64,000 bases of DNA from Bacteroidales bacterium (GTDB lineage: Bacteria; Bacteroidota; Bacteroidia; Bacteroidales; UBA12077), in assembly GCA_022360575.1 (NCBI GenBank), contig JAKSCO010000069.1:4702-68701 (forward strand), written 5' to 3'. The notes beneath the pieces are model-generated. The model did no database searches and was not told the DNA's origin. It worked only from the letters and a program-made list of their open reading frames with translations. The position numbers and the translations under genes were made by a program. This document shows positions 1 through 9,729 of the stretch, in pieces. How positions within the stretch are numbered: the stretch's first letter is position 1; the number at the start of each line of letters is the position of its first letter.

Positions 1-73
1 AATGGTTTTGGCATTTACTCTTATTGGAAATGGTTTGCGCGATGCTCTGGATACAAAAGATTCAAACTCTTAA
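1..73 (+). CDS. 3' end of an ABC-transporter membrane permease (DppC/OppC-like), cut by the window edge
   Basis: Frame 2 reads MVLAFTLIGNGLRDALDTKDSNS then TAA at 71-73. A GxGLRDALD tail is typical of the C-terminus of peptide/nickel ABC permeases. Only 24 codons are visible. Confidence 0.45.
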   Translation, partial: MVLAFTLIGNGLRDALDTKDSNS

Positions 74-194
74 AGTTGTTCATAACGATTCCATGTTGCT
101 TTTTATCAAGAAAAACATTCGTTTAATCAAAAAGAAAGAACTCATTCATACTTTAAATTGTCTTTAATATAGAATCAATGAAAGGGACGAGGGG

Positions 195-680
195 ATGTTT
201 GAAATATTAAAGAGTAGCATTGATGCATTGAAGAAAAAAGTACAGAATAACCTAGATTTAATTACCCAAAGCGAAAAACAAATCAGAGAATTGTTAAAAG
301 AACCTATGAGCAAAGAACGCTCAAATAAATTAAATCAACAGTTCGATTACAATGCTAAATTATTAGAAGAAAATAAAGAAGCTCTGGCAGTACAACGAAA
401 ACTCATTAATTTTCTTAAAAAATACAAAATCGAATTAGATGCTGTATCTGATATATTCGAAGATGATGATGATGCTTATTCGGTTGTTTTACAAAATAAT
501 TTAAACAGAGACGAATATATGGATCTTACCAAAAATGAAATTGTTGATTTCAATAAAAAGCACCCATATTTCAACGACGAAAGTTTCTTAAATGAATTAT
601 TAGAACATTTTTCTAAAAGCGAAAATTACGAAATGTGTGCAAAGTTAATTGGTGAGAAAAAAAATAATCGAACAAAATAG
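195..680 (+). CDS. hypothetical cytoplasmic coiled-coil protein
   Basis: 161-codon ORF with no signal peptide or TM segment. It is charged and heptad-like, with a UVR-like C-terminal segment (SENYEMCAKLIGEKK). No family recognised. Confidence 0.45.
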   Translation: MFEILKSSIDALKKKVQNNLDLITQSEKQIRELLKEPMSKERSNKLNQQFDYNAKLLEENKEALAVQRKLINFLKKYKIELDAVSDIFEDDDDAYSVVLQNNLNRDEYMDLTKNEIVDFNKKHPYFNDESFLNELLEHFSKSENYEMCAKLIGEKKNNRTK

Positions 681-820
681 GCTGATAATAGTTACTATAG
701 TATGATCTGTATAGTGCGATTTAGGATTGAAGAAGGTTGGCACAGATTGATTTATTTGTGTATTGGAGTATTGTGATGTAAGATATTTTGAGCTATAATA
801 ACATTTAAATAAATACGATT

Positions 821-2461
821 ATGCAAAAAAAGATCATAGTCATCGGTTTAATAATTTCTTCTTTATTGTTTGTTCAGTGTATTCAGCATACCGATAAATC
901 AGAACAACCAAAATCAAAAATAGAGAGGTTACTTTCAAATTATGCCGATGTAAAATTAGAATCGGATTTAGACAAGCTAACTCCTAACCAAATGGCAATG
1001 ATCCCAATTCTTATCGAAGCTGCTGAAGTTATTGATGAACTATACTGGCTACAAACCTGTAAAGATAAAGATGAGATTTTTAATTCTATCTCAAACGATA
1101 AGATTAAAAAATACTTCAAGATTAATTATGGTCCGTGGGATAAATTATCTGGAATGAAAACCTTTGTTAAAGGAATCGACGAACGCCCGCTTGGAGCTAA
1201 TTTTTATCCAGAAAATATGTCATATCAAGAGTTCGAAGAATTAGATGATATGGATAAATATAGTTCTTATACTTTAATCCGACGAAATGAGATCGGTAAA
1301 CTTAAAATAATACCTTACCATAAAGCGTATAACGAAAAATTAGTAAAAGTCGCCGATTTGTTAAATAAAGCAGCTAAACTAACCGATGATAAGGGGTTTA
1401 AAAAATACCTTCAACTAAGAGCCAAAGCATTATTAAACGACAAATTTTTTGATAGTGATGTAGCATGGATGCAAATGAAGAATAATACTTTGGATTTCCT
1501 TGTTGGACCCATCGAAGATGCTGAAGATAGATTGTTCTTTGCAAAAACAGCATACCAAGCAATGTTGCTTGTAAAAAAAGATAAACTAAGTAAAGATTTA
1601 GAAAAGTATACACTTTTGGCTCCCTATATACAAAAAAACTTACCTGTTGATGATAAATATAAAAAAGAAATTCCGGGGAATCTCTCTGATATTGTTGTGT
1701 ATGATGTATTATATTGCTCAGGAAGTTGGAATTCGGCAAGTAAACGAATTGCATTAACTCTTCCTATCGACGGACATGTACAACTTAAAGTCGGAAGCAG
1801 GAAATTGCAATTTAAAAATGTAATCGAAGCCAAGTTCGAAAAAATATTAATGCCGATAGGTAATCTATTAATTGACGATTCGCAGATCAAACATGTTACT
1901 TCAAAAGCATTTTTCCAAAATACAATGTTTTATGAGGTAGGAAGTACTTTAGGACTTCGTAATACGATCAACAATAAAGGATCTGTACGTAAAGCTCTAA
2001 AAGAGTATAACAATGTTATTGCCGAGTGTAAAAACGATATTTTAAGTTTATTATTTATCACAAAATTACACGAAATGGGCGAAATGAAAGATGAAGACTT
2101 AATGGACAATTACGTTACATATATGGCCGATGTTTTTCGTTCTGTACGCTTTGGTATATCTAACGACCAAGGTGTTGCAAATATGATCCGATTCTACTAT
2201 TTCGAAGAAAAAGATGCTTTCCGTCGAAACGAAAGAACAGGGAAATACGTTATTGATTTTGATAAAATGAAAGAAGCAATGATGGATTTATCTAAAGAAG
2301 TGCTCATGATTCAAGGGGACGGTGATTACGATAAAGCAAAAAAATTAGTAAACGATAAAGGATATATACGAGATAAATTATTGCACGACTTGTATCGATT
2401 ACAAAAAGAAAGTATTCCTAAAGATGTTGTTTTCGAACAAGGTTTAGAAAAATTAGAATAA
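821..2461 (+). CDS. M49 (dipeptidyl-peptidase III)-like lipoprotein with a degenerate metal-binding motif
   Basis: N-terminal signal with Cys20 (LLFVQC). The core resembles the M49/NUDT3-C-terminal family: FFQNTMFYEVGSTLG lies where HExxH is expected and VIAECKNDILSL where EE(A/C)KAD is expected. Confidence 0.6.
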   Translation: MQKKIIVIGLIISSLLFVQCIQHTDKSEQPKSKIERLLSNYADVKLESDLDKLTPNQMAMIPILIEAAEVIDELYWLQTCKDKDEIFNSISNDKIKKYFKINYGPWDKLSGMKTFVKGIDERPLGANFYPENMSYQEFEELDDMDKYSSYTLIRRNEIGKLKIIPYHKAYNEKLVKVADLLNKAAKLTDDKGFKKYLQLRAKALLNDKFFDSDVAWMQMKNNTLDFLVGPIEDAEDRLFFAKTAYQAMLLVKKDKLSKDLEKYTLLAPYIQKNLPVDDKYKKEIPGNLSDIVVYDVLYCSGSWNSASKRIALTLPIDGHVQLKVGSRKLQFKNVIEAKFEKILMPIGNLLIDDSQIKHVTSKAFFQNTMFYEVGSTLGLRNTINNKGSVRKALKEYNNVIAECKNDILSLLFITKLHEMGEMKDEDLMDNYVTYMADVFRSVRFGISNDQGVANMIRFYYFEEKDAFRRNERTGKYVIDFDKMKEAMMDLSKEVLMIQGDGDYDKAKKLVNDKGYIRDKLLHDLYRLQKESIPKDVVFEQGLEKLE

Positions 2462-2516
2462 TCTTTTTTACTAAATAGTCTAATATTAAAATTTTAGTAA
2501 ATTTAATTTTCCTGTT

Positions 2517-2544
2517 AAGCCAGACATAAACCTGTCTGGCTTTT
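2517..2544 (+). terminator. rho-independent terminator-like hairpin after the M49-like gene
   Basis: AAGCCAGACA-taaacc-TGTCTGGCTT is a 10-bp perfect stem followed by TT. Confidence 0.5.
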
Positions 2545-2669
2545 AATTTAAAGAGTTTTTATCGTTCGTATAACAATTATACGAAAAGTTAAATTTTATT
2601 AAAATCACTTTTTAGTGCTGTCATTTATAGTATCTTTATTCGGTTTTAAAATACTTAAAATTACTTTGT

Positions 2670-4055
2670 ATGACATTAATAAAATCAATCTCGGGAATAA
2701 GAGGGACAATTGGAGGAAAAGCGGGAGAAGGACTTAGTCCTTTAGATACAGTAAAGTTTGTAGGTGCTTATGCTCAATGGATAAAAAATAGAACAAATAC
2801 CGAAAAATTAAAAGTTGTTGTTGGTCGCGATGCTCGAATATCTGGCGAAATGGTTAATCAGATCGTTACAGGAACTTTAATGGGAATGGGTATTGATGTA
2901 GTCAATATAGGTTTAGCCACTACCCCAACAACCGAAATTGCTGTTCCGTGCGAAAATGCTCAAGGAGGTATTATTTTAACAGCAAGTCATAATCCAAAAC
3001 AATGGAATGCTCTAAAATTATTAAACGAAAAGGGCGAGTTTTTATCAAGTGCCGATGGTGCTGAGGTTTTGCAAATAGCACTCGACGAAAATTTTATTTT
3101 TGCTCAAGTCGACGATTTAGGATCTATTACCGAAAACAACAATTATTTGCAAACACATATAAATCAAATTATAGATTTACCATTGGTTGATGTTGATGCA
3201 ATAAAAGAAGCCAATTTCAAAATTGTTGTTGATGCTGTAAATTCTGTCGGAGGAATCGCAATTCCTCAATTATTAAAAGCAATAGGAATAAAGCAAGTAG
3301 TCGAATTATATTGCAAACCAAATGGTATATTCCCTCACAATCCAGAACCCCTACCCGAACATCTTACCGAAATATCAGAGTTAGTAAAGAAAGAAAATGC
3401 CGACTTGGGTTTTGTTGTTGATCCTGACGTCGATCGTTTAGCTATTGTTAACGAAGATGGAAGTATGTTTGGCGAAGAGTATACTTTAGTTGCTGTTTCT
3501 GATTTTATATTAAAAAACAAAAAAGGCAATACCGTATCTAATTTATCATCATCACGAGCTTTGCGTGATGTTACTAATAGTTTTGGAGCTAAATATTTTG
3601 CTGCTGCTGTAGGCGAAGTTAATGTTGTCGAAAGTATGAAAGCAAACAATGCAATAATTGGAGGCGAAGGAAATGGTGGTATTATTTATCCTGAATTGCA
3701 CTATGGTCGCGATGCTTTAGTCGGAATTGCATTATTTTTGACTCATTTAGCAAAAAGCAAAAAGAAATGCTCCGAATTAAGAGCTCAATATCCAGAGTAT
3801 GTTATAGCAAAGAAAAAAATACAACTTACACCCGAAATTAATGTTGATAACATACTAAAATCTATAAAAACCGAGTTTGTTAATAATGAAATAAACGATA
3901 TAGATGGAGTGAAAATTGATTTTGAACATGGATGGGTGCATTTACGTAAATCAAACACTGAGCCAATTATCAGAATATATGCTGAAAGCAGAAATATAGA
4001 ACAGGCTAACAATTTAGCCGATCAAATTATTGATAAAATAAAAGCTTTAGCTTAA
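2670..4055 (+). CDS. glmM: phosphoglucosamine mutase (alpha-D-phosphohexomutase family)
   Basis: The MTLIKSISGIRGTIGG N-terminus, the TASHNP phosphoserine loop, the DPDVDR metal loop and GEGNGG are all present. Length is 461 aa. Confidence 0.85.
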   Translation: MTLIKSISGIRGTIGGKAGEGLSPLDTVKFVGAYAQWIKNRTNTEKLKVVVGRDARISGEMVNQIVTGTLMGMGIDVVNIGLATTPTTEIAVPCENAQGGIILTASHNPKQWNALKLLNEKGEFLSSADGAEVLQIALDENFIFAQVDDLGSITENNNYLQTHINQIIDLPLVDVDAIKEANFKIVVDAVNSVGGIAIPQLLKAIGIKQVVELYCKPNGIFPHNPEPLPEHLTEISELVKKENADLGFVVDPDVDRLAIVNEDGSMFGEEYTLVAVSDFILKNKKGNTVSNLSSSRALRDVTNSFGAKYFAAAVGEVNVVESMKANNAIIGGEGNGGIIYPELHYGRDALVGIALFLTHLAKSKKKCSELRAQYPEYVIAKKKIQLTPEINVDNILKSIKTEFVNNEINDIDGVKIDFEHGWVHLRKSNTEPIIRIYAESRNIEQANNLADQIIDKIKALA

Positions 4056-4060
4056 AACAT

Positions 4061-4093
4061 AATATAGTATGCATTGTTAATGCATACTATATT
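4061..4093 (+). terminator. AT-rich perfect hairpin downstream of glmM
   Basis: AATATAGTATGCAT-tgtta-ATGCATACTATATT forms a 14-bp stem. No clear U-tract follows, so terminator function is uncertain. Confidence 0.4.
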
Positions 4094-4308
4094 GTACAAC
4101 GAAAACTGATTCTAAATTTTAAACGGATGAAACCTTCAAAAAAGAATTAACATTTACTAATACAATTCTGTTTAACATATTGGTTGTTTGGTTAAGAAAG
4201 TATAATATGAAAGCTTGCAAACCATATTTGTAATTTGTAAAGATCAGTAGAAAAACTCTCTTTACAAGAAAAAGAATAAGCAATTAAAATAATAATAAAA
4301 TATAACGG

Positions 4309-5646
4309 ATGAAAAAGAAGTACTACATTATTGCCTCTCTTGCTCTTTTAATTATTGCATATATAATATTTAGTCCAAGCAAGAAAAACGAATCGAAGCA
4401 ATTAATGGCAACCGTTGAAAAAGGAAAGTTTGAAATTATTGTTACAATAACAGGCGAATTACAAGCAAAAAGCTCTGTTGATATCAAAGGCCCTTCTGAA
4501 TTACGCAATAGTAGAAACATTAGAGTTAGTAAAATAAAAATTAAAGATTTAGTTGCCGAAGGTACAGTTGTTGATTCTGGCGAATATGTCGGTGCTTTAG
4601 ACCAATCTGAGGTAGGGACCAGTTTAAAAGATCTAGAAGATGGACTAGAGACAGCAAACTCAAAATACACCAAAAATCAAATTGATACAGCGATGCAAAT
4701 GCGCGAGCTTAGAAATGGATTGGTAAATCTGAAATTCGAACTAGAAGAAGCTCAAATTGTTTTAGATCAGAGTAAATTCGAACCTCCTTCAAAAGTACGA
4801 CAAGCAAAAATCTCTCTTGCAAAACAACAACGTTCTTATAAACAAGCTCTAGATAACTATAAGCTAAAAGTACAGCAAGCAAAAGCAAGTATGCTTGAAG
4901 CAGGAATAGCTCTACAAAAAGCTCAACGAAAGGTTCAAGAGGTTAAATCTGTAATGAAAAAATTTGATATATATGCTCCTCAGTCAGGCATGGTCATTTA
5001 CAAAAAAGAATGGGGTGGCGAAAAACGAAAGGTTGGTTCTTCAATCGATCCTTGGGATCTAACAATAGCAACATTACCCGATTTATCATCTATGAACTCG
5101 AAAACTTATGTTAACGAAATAGATATTAGTAAAGTGAAAGTTGGACAAGAAGTAAGACTCGGAATTGATGCTTTCCCCAAAAAAAAATACACCGGACGAG
5201 TGTTAGAAATTGCTAATATTGGCGAACAACTAAAAAACACCGATGCAAAAGTTTTCGAAGTTATAATAGAAGTAAACGAGTCGGATAAAATAATGCGTCC
5301 GGCAATGACAACAAGTAATCAGATTATTACACAAACCTATAGCGATGTCTTGTATCTTCCCCTAGAAGCTATTAGCAACGAAGATAGTTTAAGCTATGTA
5401 TATACTAAAAGCAATAAAAAACAAATAATTGTTCCGGGAGCAGCAAATGAAAATTATATAATTGTCGAAAAAGGTTTAGATGAAGGCGATGAAGTGTTTC
5501 TATCTGTTCCTGAAAATACCGAGAGGTTTAAATTATCAGGAGCCGAACTAATCCCGATAATAAAAGAAAGACAAAGAAAACAAGCTACCGAAAACGGAGG
5601 AATAGTTAAAGAAACATCTAAGAAAAAATCAAAAATAAAGAGCTAA
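4309..5646 (+). CDS. HlyD/MacA-type periplasmic adaptor (membrane fusion protein)
   Basis: Single N-terminal TM segment, a long coiled-coil hairpin region, then beta-barrel/lipoyl-like segments (YAPQSGMVIY, VRLGIDAFP). It abuts the permease gene, with stop at 5646 and next start at 5648. Confidence 0.8.
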   Translation: MKKKYYIIASLALLIIAYIIFSPSKKNESKQLMATVEKGKFEIIVTITGELQAKSSVDIKGPSELRNSRNIRVSKIKIKDLVAEGTVVDSGEYVGALDQSEVGTSLKDLEDGLETANSKYTKNQIDTAMQMRELRNGLVNLKFELEEAQIVLDQSKFEPPSKVRQAKISLAKQQRSYKQALDNYKLKVQQAKASMLEAGIALQKAQRKVQEVKSVMKKFDIYAPQSGMVIYKKEWGGEKRKVGSSIDPWDLTIATLPDLSSMNSKTYVNEIDISKVKVGQEVRLGIDAFPKKKYTGRVLEIANIGEQLKNTDAKVFEVIIEVNESDKIMRPAMTTSNQIITQTYSDVLYLPLEAISNEDSLSYVYTKSNKKQIIVPGAANENYIIVEKGLDEGDEVFLSVPENTERFKLSGAELIPIIKERQRKQATENGGIVKETSKKKSKIKS

Positions 5647-5647
5647 T

Positions 5648-6994
5648 ATGTTCGATCGATATTTTCACGACATCGAAATTGCTATAGAATCAATTTTATC
5701 CAATAAGCTAAAATCGATATTAACAGCATTAGGAATAATTTTTGGAACAAGTGCTGTTATCAGTATGTTAGCAATTGGGAATGGGGCTCAGCAAGAAATT
5801 TTAGAACAAATTAAAATAGTCGGTGTAAATAATATTGTTATTACTCCTTCATATGATTCATCTCTAGATAATATCGAAAATGATGATAACTCTAAAAAGA
5901 GTAAAACAAAGAAAGGAAAATTTTCGCCTGGACTAACAATGAAAGATCTTAAAGCTATAAAGCAAGTTATTCCTTCTGTTAATAAAATAACCCCCAAAAT
6001 TGTTACCAACTCATTTATTGTACAAAATGGGAAACGTATTTCGGCTAAAGTAATAGGTATAAATAACGATTATTTTGACGTGTACAACATAAATATTGAT
6101 AAAGGAAATCGTTTTAACAAACATCAAACAAAAGAAGGAATGCCTATATGTATTATTGGATCCAATATTAGTTCGAAAATATTTAGTAATGTCAATCCTA
6201 TAAATCAATATATAAAATTTGATCATGTTTGGTTAAAAGTTGTTGGGGTACTCAAAAAATCCGAAGTTAGCTCGTCCGCAGCCGAAAATGCAGGGGTTGA
6301 TTTAGTTAACGATAATGTATTTATTCCGGCACAAACAATGCTCTTGAGATATAAAAACAATGCTCTTATTAATTCTAAAAACTTAGGGGGAGGATTCTTC
6401 TTTTCTTTCTCGGGTAGTTCAAAAAAATCAGTCTCAAAAAACCGAAATCAACTTGATAAAATAATTGTGCAAGTAAAAGAAACCGAACAATTAACTACTA
6501 CTACCGAAGTTTTAAACCGAATGCTTTTGCGTAGACATATGGAAGTAAAAGATTTTGAAATCTCTGTTCCTGAATTACTATTAAAACAACAGCAACGAAC
6601 AAAAGATATCTTTAATATTGTACTCGGGGCTATTGCTGGTATATCCCTTATTGTTGGTGGTATTGGAATTATGAATATTATGTTTGCTACAGTTATGGAG
6701 CGAATTAAAGAAATTGGTATCCGATTGGCTTTAGGTGCAAAAAAAGCTGATATTATAGCACAATTCTTAGCCGAAGCTATTTTAATAAGTGTTTCAGGGG
6801 GGCTAATAGGTGTTTTATGTGGAGTCGTCTTTTCGAAACTAATAACAAAATTTGCAGGAATATTAACAATTATATCTCCTGGATCAATCATTGTTGCTTT
6901 TGGTGTAAGTGCTATAATTGGGGTTATATTCGGAATTTCTCCAGCCAAACGAGCAGCCCAAAAAGATCCTATAGAGTCGTTAAGGTATGAATAA
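5648..6994 (+). CDS. MacB/FtsX-family ABC transporter permease (no ATPase domain)
   Basis: N-terminal TM segment, a large periplasmic domain, and a C-terminal FtsX 3-TM bundle. The ERIKEIGIRLALGAKKADI motif and the PAKRAAQKDPIESLRYE tail are present. Confidence 0.8.
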   Translation: MFDRYFHDIEIAIESILSNKLKSILTALGIIFGTSAVISMLAIGNGAQQEILEQIKIVGVNNIVITPSYDSSLDNIENDDNSKKSKTKKGKFSPGLTMKDLKAIKQVIPSVNKITPKIVTNSFIVQNGKRISAKVIGINNDYFDVYNINIDKGNRFNKHQTKEGMPICIIGSNISSKIFSNVNPINQYIKFDHVWLKVVGVLKKSEVSSSAAENAGVDLVNDNVFIPAQTMLLRYKNNALINSKNLGGGFFFSFSGSSKKSVSKNRNQLDKIIVQVKETEQLTTTTEVLNRMLLRRHMEVKDFEISVPELLLKQQQRTKDIFNIVLGAIAGISLIVGGIGIMNIMFATVMERIKEIGIRLALGAKKADIIAQFLAEAILISVSGGLIGVLCGVVFSKLITKFAGILTIISPGSIIVAFGVSAIIGVIFGISPAKRAAQKDPIESLRYE

Positions 6995-7159
6995 TTCAAA
7001 ACAATAAAAGGGATACTGTTTCAGAATTTATATAACCCCGATCGCTGAATGTAAATGGTGAATTTGTTTACAACCCTTATTTTTGATTTCAAGCTAAAAA
7101 ACTCAAAGCACTAATAATAAATCAGGGTTTTTTATTTAATATTTATAAGTAAAATATCT

Positions 7160-7264
7160 CCAAAATCGTAGATTATATAAAAACTCAATTATGAGTTAAG
7201 CCCAAAATCTCAGATTATGTAAAACTCAATCATGTATTAAGCCCAAAATCGCAAACTGATAATC
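7160..7264. repeat. tandem repeat, 41-42 bp unit x ~2.5
   Basis: Three units: CCAAAATCGTAGATTATATAAAAACTCAATTATGAGTTAAGC, CCAAAATCTCAGATTATGTAAAACTCAATCATGTATTAAGC and CCAAAATCGCAAACTGATAATC. Confidence 0.8.
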
Positions 7265-7272
7265 AGCGAAAG

Positions 7273-7309
7273 CTTATTTTTATTACTCATTTTGATATTC
7301 TTTTGTTAT
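7273..7309 (+). repeat. partial (right-end only) copy of the dispersed MITE-like repeat
   Basis: CTTATTTTTATTACTCATTTTGATATTCTTTTGTTAT aligns with the right end of the copies at 15442, 19891 and 32157. Confidence 0.6.
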
Positions 7310-7524
7310 TAAATGGCAGGGCAAGTTATTCTGTTCCGGGAAGCAATAAAAAAGGCTGCCAAAAAAATATTTGACAGCCATTCTTCTTAAAATAGAAACT
7401 AAATTTCTATTCTCAATTTGAGTTTGGTAAATATTAATAGCTAAGTTATTTCATATCTCAAAAAGGATATCCTTAGCCTATCAATATTTGTTCGAGTGTT
7501 AGCATAAAACTCTTTCTTGTTAAT

Positions 7525-9717
7525 TTATTTAGCAATTTCAATTCCGTTAACATTTTTACTTGCATAAATAATTATTGTTTGCTCTATCTTATTAACTCCA
7601 TCCGAAGCTTTTATTAATAACTCGAAACTTGTACCTGCTTTGGGTTTTGTTTTCAGTATCAAATTATTCCCCTTAATCGAGACATATTTGTTTTCGCAGC
7701 TAAAACTTCCTTTCTCTCCTTCTGGATCATTCATGAAAATTTGAGCAATAACATCGTTTACTTTATTTTTTGAACTTATAACTGTATTGGTAAGTCCTAA
7801 TCCTCGAGGCGACTCATTTTTTGAGTTTCCTTCTTTTATCGATATCGAAAAAGCTTTGGTATAACGAGCCCCGCTGTTATCGGCAACTTGTATGTTAATA
7901 ACTTTACTTCCCAAATCTTCCGAGGTAAAATTCTTAGCTGTTAACAACTTGTTATCACAAATTCTAAAATATTTATTATCCGAAACCCCATTATCATCTA
8001 GTAGTGTATATACAAATTTCTGCTTACTAATATCTTGGTCGCTGGCTTGTAAAATTCCAATATTAGAAAACAAAGGTGCTCCTAGCAACACACCATTCCC
8101 TACTAAGAATATATCGTCCGGAGCATCGTTAATATCATTTACATGAATACTAAAATCTTTTGTAAAAGATATCTTCTTGTCAGAACTAGTACATTTTAGT
8201 TGAATATTATACAGAGCTTTTGTTTCAAAATCGAAATTAATTTTATTTTTCAGCTTATTATTTTTCAATGTAAAAAATTCATTATCGAGTTCCTTTGTTA
8301 AGCTTAGCGAATAATCTCCATCATTTACTCCTTCAAGGTTAAACTCTCCTATTTCGCCAATAGTATTTTCATTTAAATAAGTATTACTTAATAAAACTGC
8401 CGATGGATAAGGTATTTGTGTGGTTACATCACCTTTTTCTATAGTAAATTCTTTTTCAAACTTTCCTCCAAAACAATCATATGCTTCAACAACAATAGTA
8501 TAGTTCTTTATAAAAGCTTGCGAAAACAATTTGTCAGCAACTATAAGTGTATTACCATTTACAATTCTAAAACTTGAGTTATTAGCCTTTTTATCATCTA
8601 ATCTAAAGTACAATTTATCTTTATCTGGATCTACACCCGTAAATTGAGCAATATTAGTATACAAAGGCATCTTGTTGTTTGCTTTTGTATTGGTAATCGA
8701 TATATTCGTTGGAGCTTTATTCCCCGGTTTTTTAAACCAAATAGCCATATCATACGAATAAAGAGTCAAGTCAGTCAGCTTTTTATTTGTAACCTTACAA
8801 GTATATACCCCTGCCTGCAACTCATCGAAATTATTAACAACACAATTTTTACCATCAATATTTACAGGTTTCCCATTTAACAGCCAAGTATATTCATTCC
8901 CCGATTCGGGTAAACTAAAGTTTAAAGCAATCGATTCTCCTGCCGATTTTGTTTCTTCTGTTGCATTACCTCCAATAGCTTTTTGTGGTGCATATATATA
9001 TTCCCACTCGGAGCCAATAGCTCCTCCAATAGCCCCAGCTTTCAATGATTCAACACTTTTCTTAATTTTAAGAATATCATTAAAATTTAATCTATTGTTA
9101 TCAATCCGACAAAAAGTAGTATTGCGACCAACAATTGCTCTCGAAGAAAGATTTACTGAGCCCAGTCTATCCATATTTAGGGATGTTAATTCATTTTGAT
9201 GAATACAGAATTTAATCGTACTAACCCATGAATTTCCATTATTATTTACTTTCTTATTATAAAAATTTATCTCTGAAATCTTATTATTATCTAACCAAAG
9301 TTCTTTGTAGTAATTTCCTCCTTTAGCTAAGCCTAAATACTTACTTACCTTTTTTATATTATTATAACTGAATTTAATAACACCTTTTTGTTCCATCAGT
9401 AGCTTCCAACCTGTCTTTGCTTTAGGGTTATATGCAAATACATCTGGTATTTCTCCGGTTAAGTTATTGTTCGTTAAATCTATTATTTCTAATCTAAAAT
9501 AACCAGTCCCATTATATCCAACCAAATTCTTATATTTTTCGATATAAGGAGATTCTTTGCGTTTTAATAAATCTTTAATTGTTTTATAATGCCAATTTTC
9601 ACCCCCTGCTGAATTATACAATTCATTAAAAGCTTCTATTTGTCGTGGAACTATATTTTGAGTAATAGCATAATAGGGCAATATCATTATAGCTAAAATT
9701 GTAATTAATCTTTGCAT
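7525..9717 (-). CDS. secreted LRR / Ig-like / cadherin-like repeat protein, paralogue without a T9SS C-terminal domain
   Basis: Signal peptide; plant-type LRR strings (DLTNNNLTGEIPD, WLDNNKISEI); an Ig-like GVYTCKVTN motif; the cadherin-type linker VNDINDAPDDI. It is collinear with the downstream paralogue but ends at ...NVNGIEIAK. Confidence 0.7.
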   Translation of the reverse strand: MQRLITILAIMILPYYAITQNIVPRQIEAFNELYNSAGGENWHYKTIKDLLKRKESPYIEKYKNLVGYNGTGYFRLEIIDLTNNNLTGEIPDVFAYNPKAKTGWKLLMEQKGVIKFSYNNIKKVSKYLGLAKGGNYYKELWLDNNKISEINFYNKKVNNNGNSWVSTIKFCIHQNELTSLNMDRLGSVNLSSRAIVGRNTTFCRIDNNRLNFNDILKIKKSVESLKAGAIGGAIGSEWEYIYAPQKAIGGNATEETKSAGESIALNFSLPESGNEYTWLLNGKPVNIDGKNCVVNNFDELQAGVYTCKVTNKKLTDLTLYSYDMAIWFKKPGNKAPTNISITNTKANNKMPLYTNIAQFTGVDPDKDKLYFRLDDKKANNSSFRIVNGNTLIVADKLFSQAFIKNYTIVVEAYDCFGGKFEKEFTIEKGDVTTQIPYPSAVLLSNTYLNENTIGEIGEFNLEGVNDGDYSLSLTKELDNEFFTLKNNKLKNKINFDFETKALYNIQLKCTSSDKKISFTKDFSIHVNDINDAPDDIFLVGNGVLLGAPLFSNIGILQASDQDISKQKFVYTLLDDNGVSDNKYFRICDNKLLTAKNFTSEDLGSKVINIQVADNSGARYTKAFSISIKEGNSKNESPRGLGLTNTVISSKNKVNDVIAQIFMNDPEGEKGSFSCENKYVSIKGNNLILKTKPKAGTSFELLIKASDGVNKIEQTIIIYASKNVNGIEIAK

Positions 9718-9729
9718 ATCTATTCTGTT

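Noticed and set aside
6448-6999. 183-codon minus-strand ORF antisense to the MacB-type permease (many similar antisense ORFs occur, e.g. 1398..1890, 3335..3649, 4323..4673, 10397..10831, 45341..45775, 58978..59757, 61156..61730)
   Set aside because: All lie entirely within, and antisense to or out of frame with, longer ORFs that have clear family signatures. Their translations are low-complexity with no recognisable motifs.
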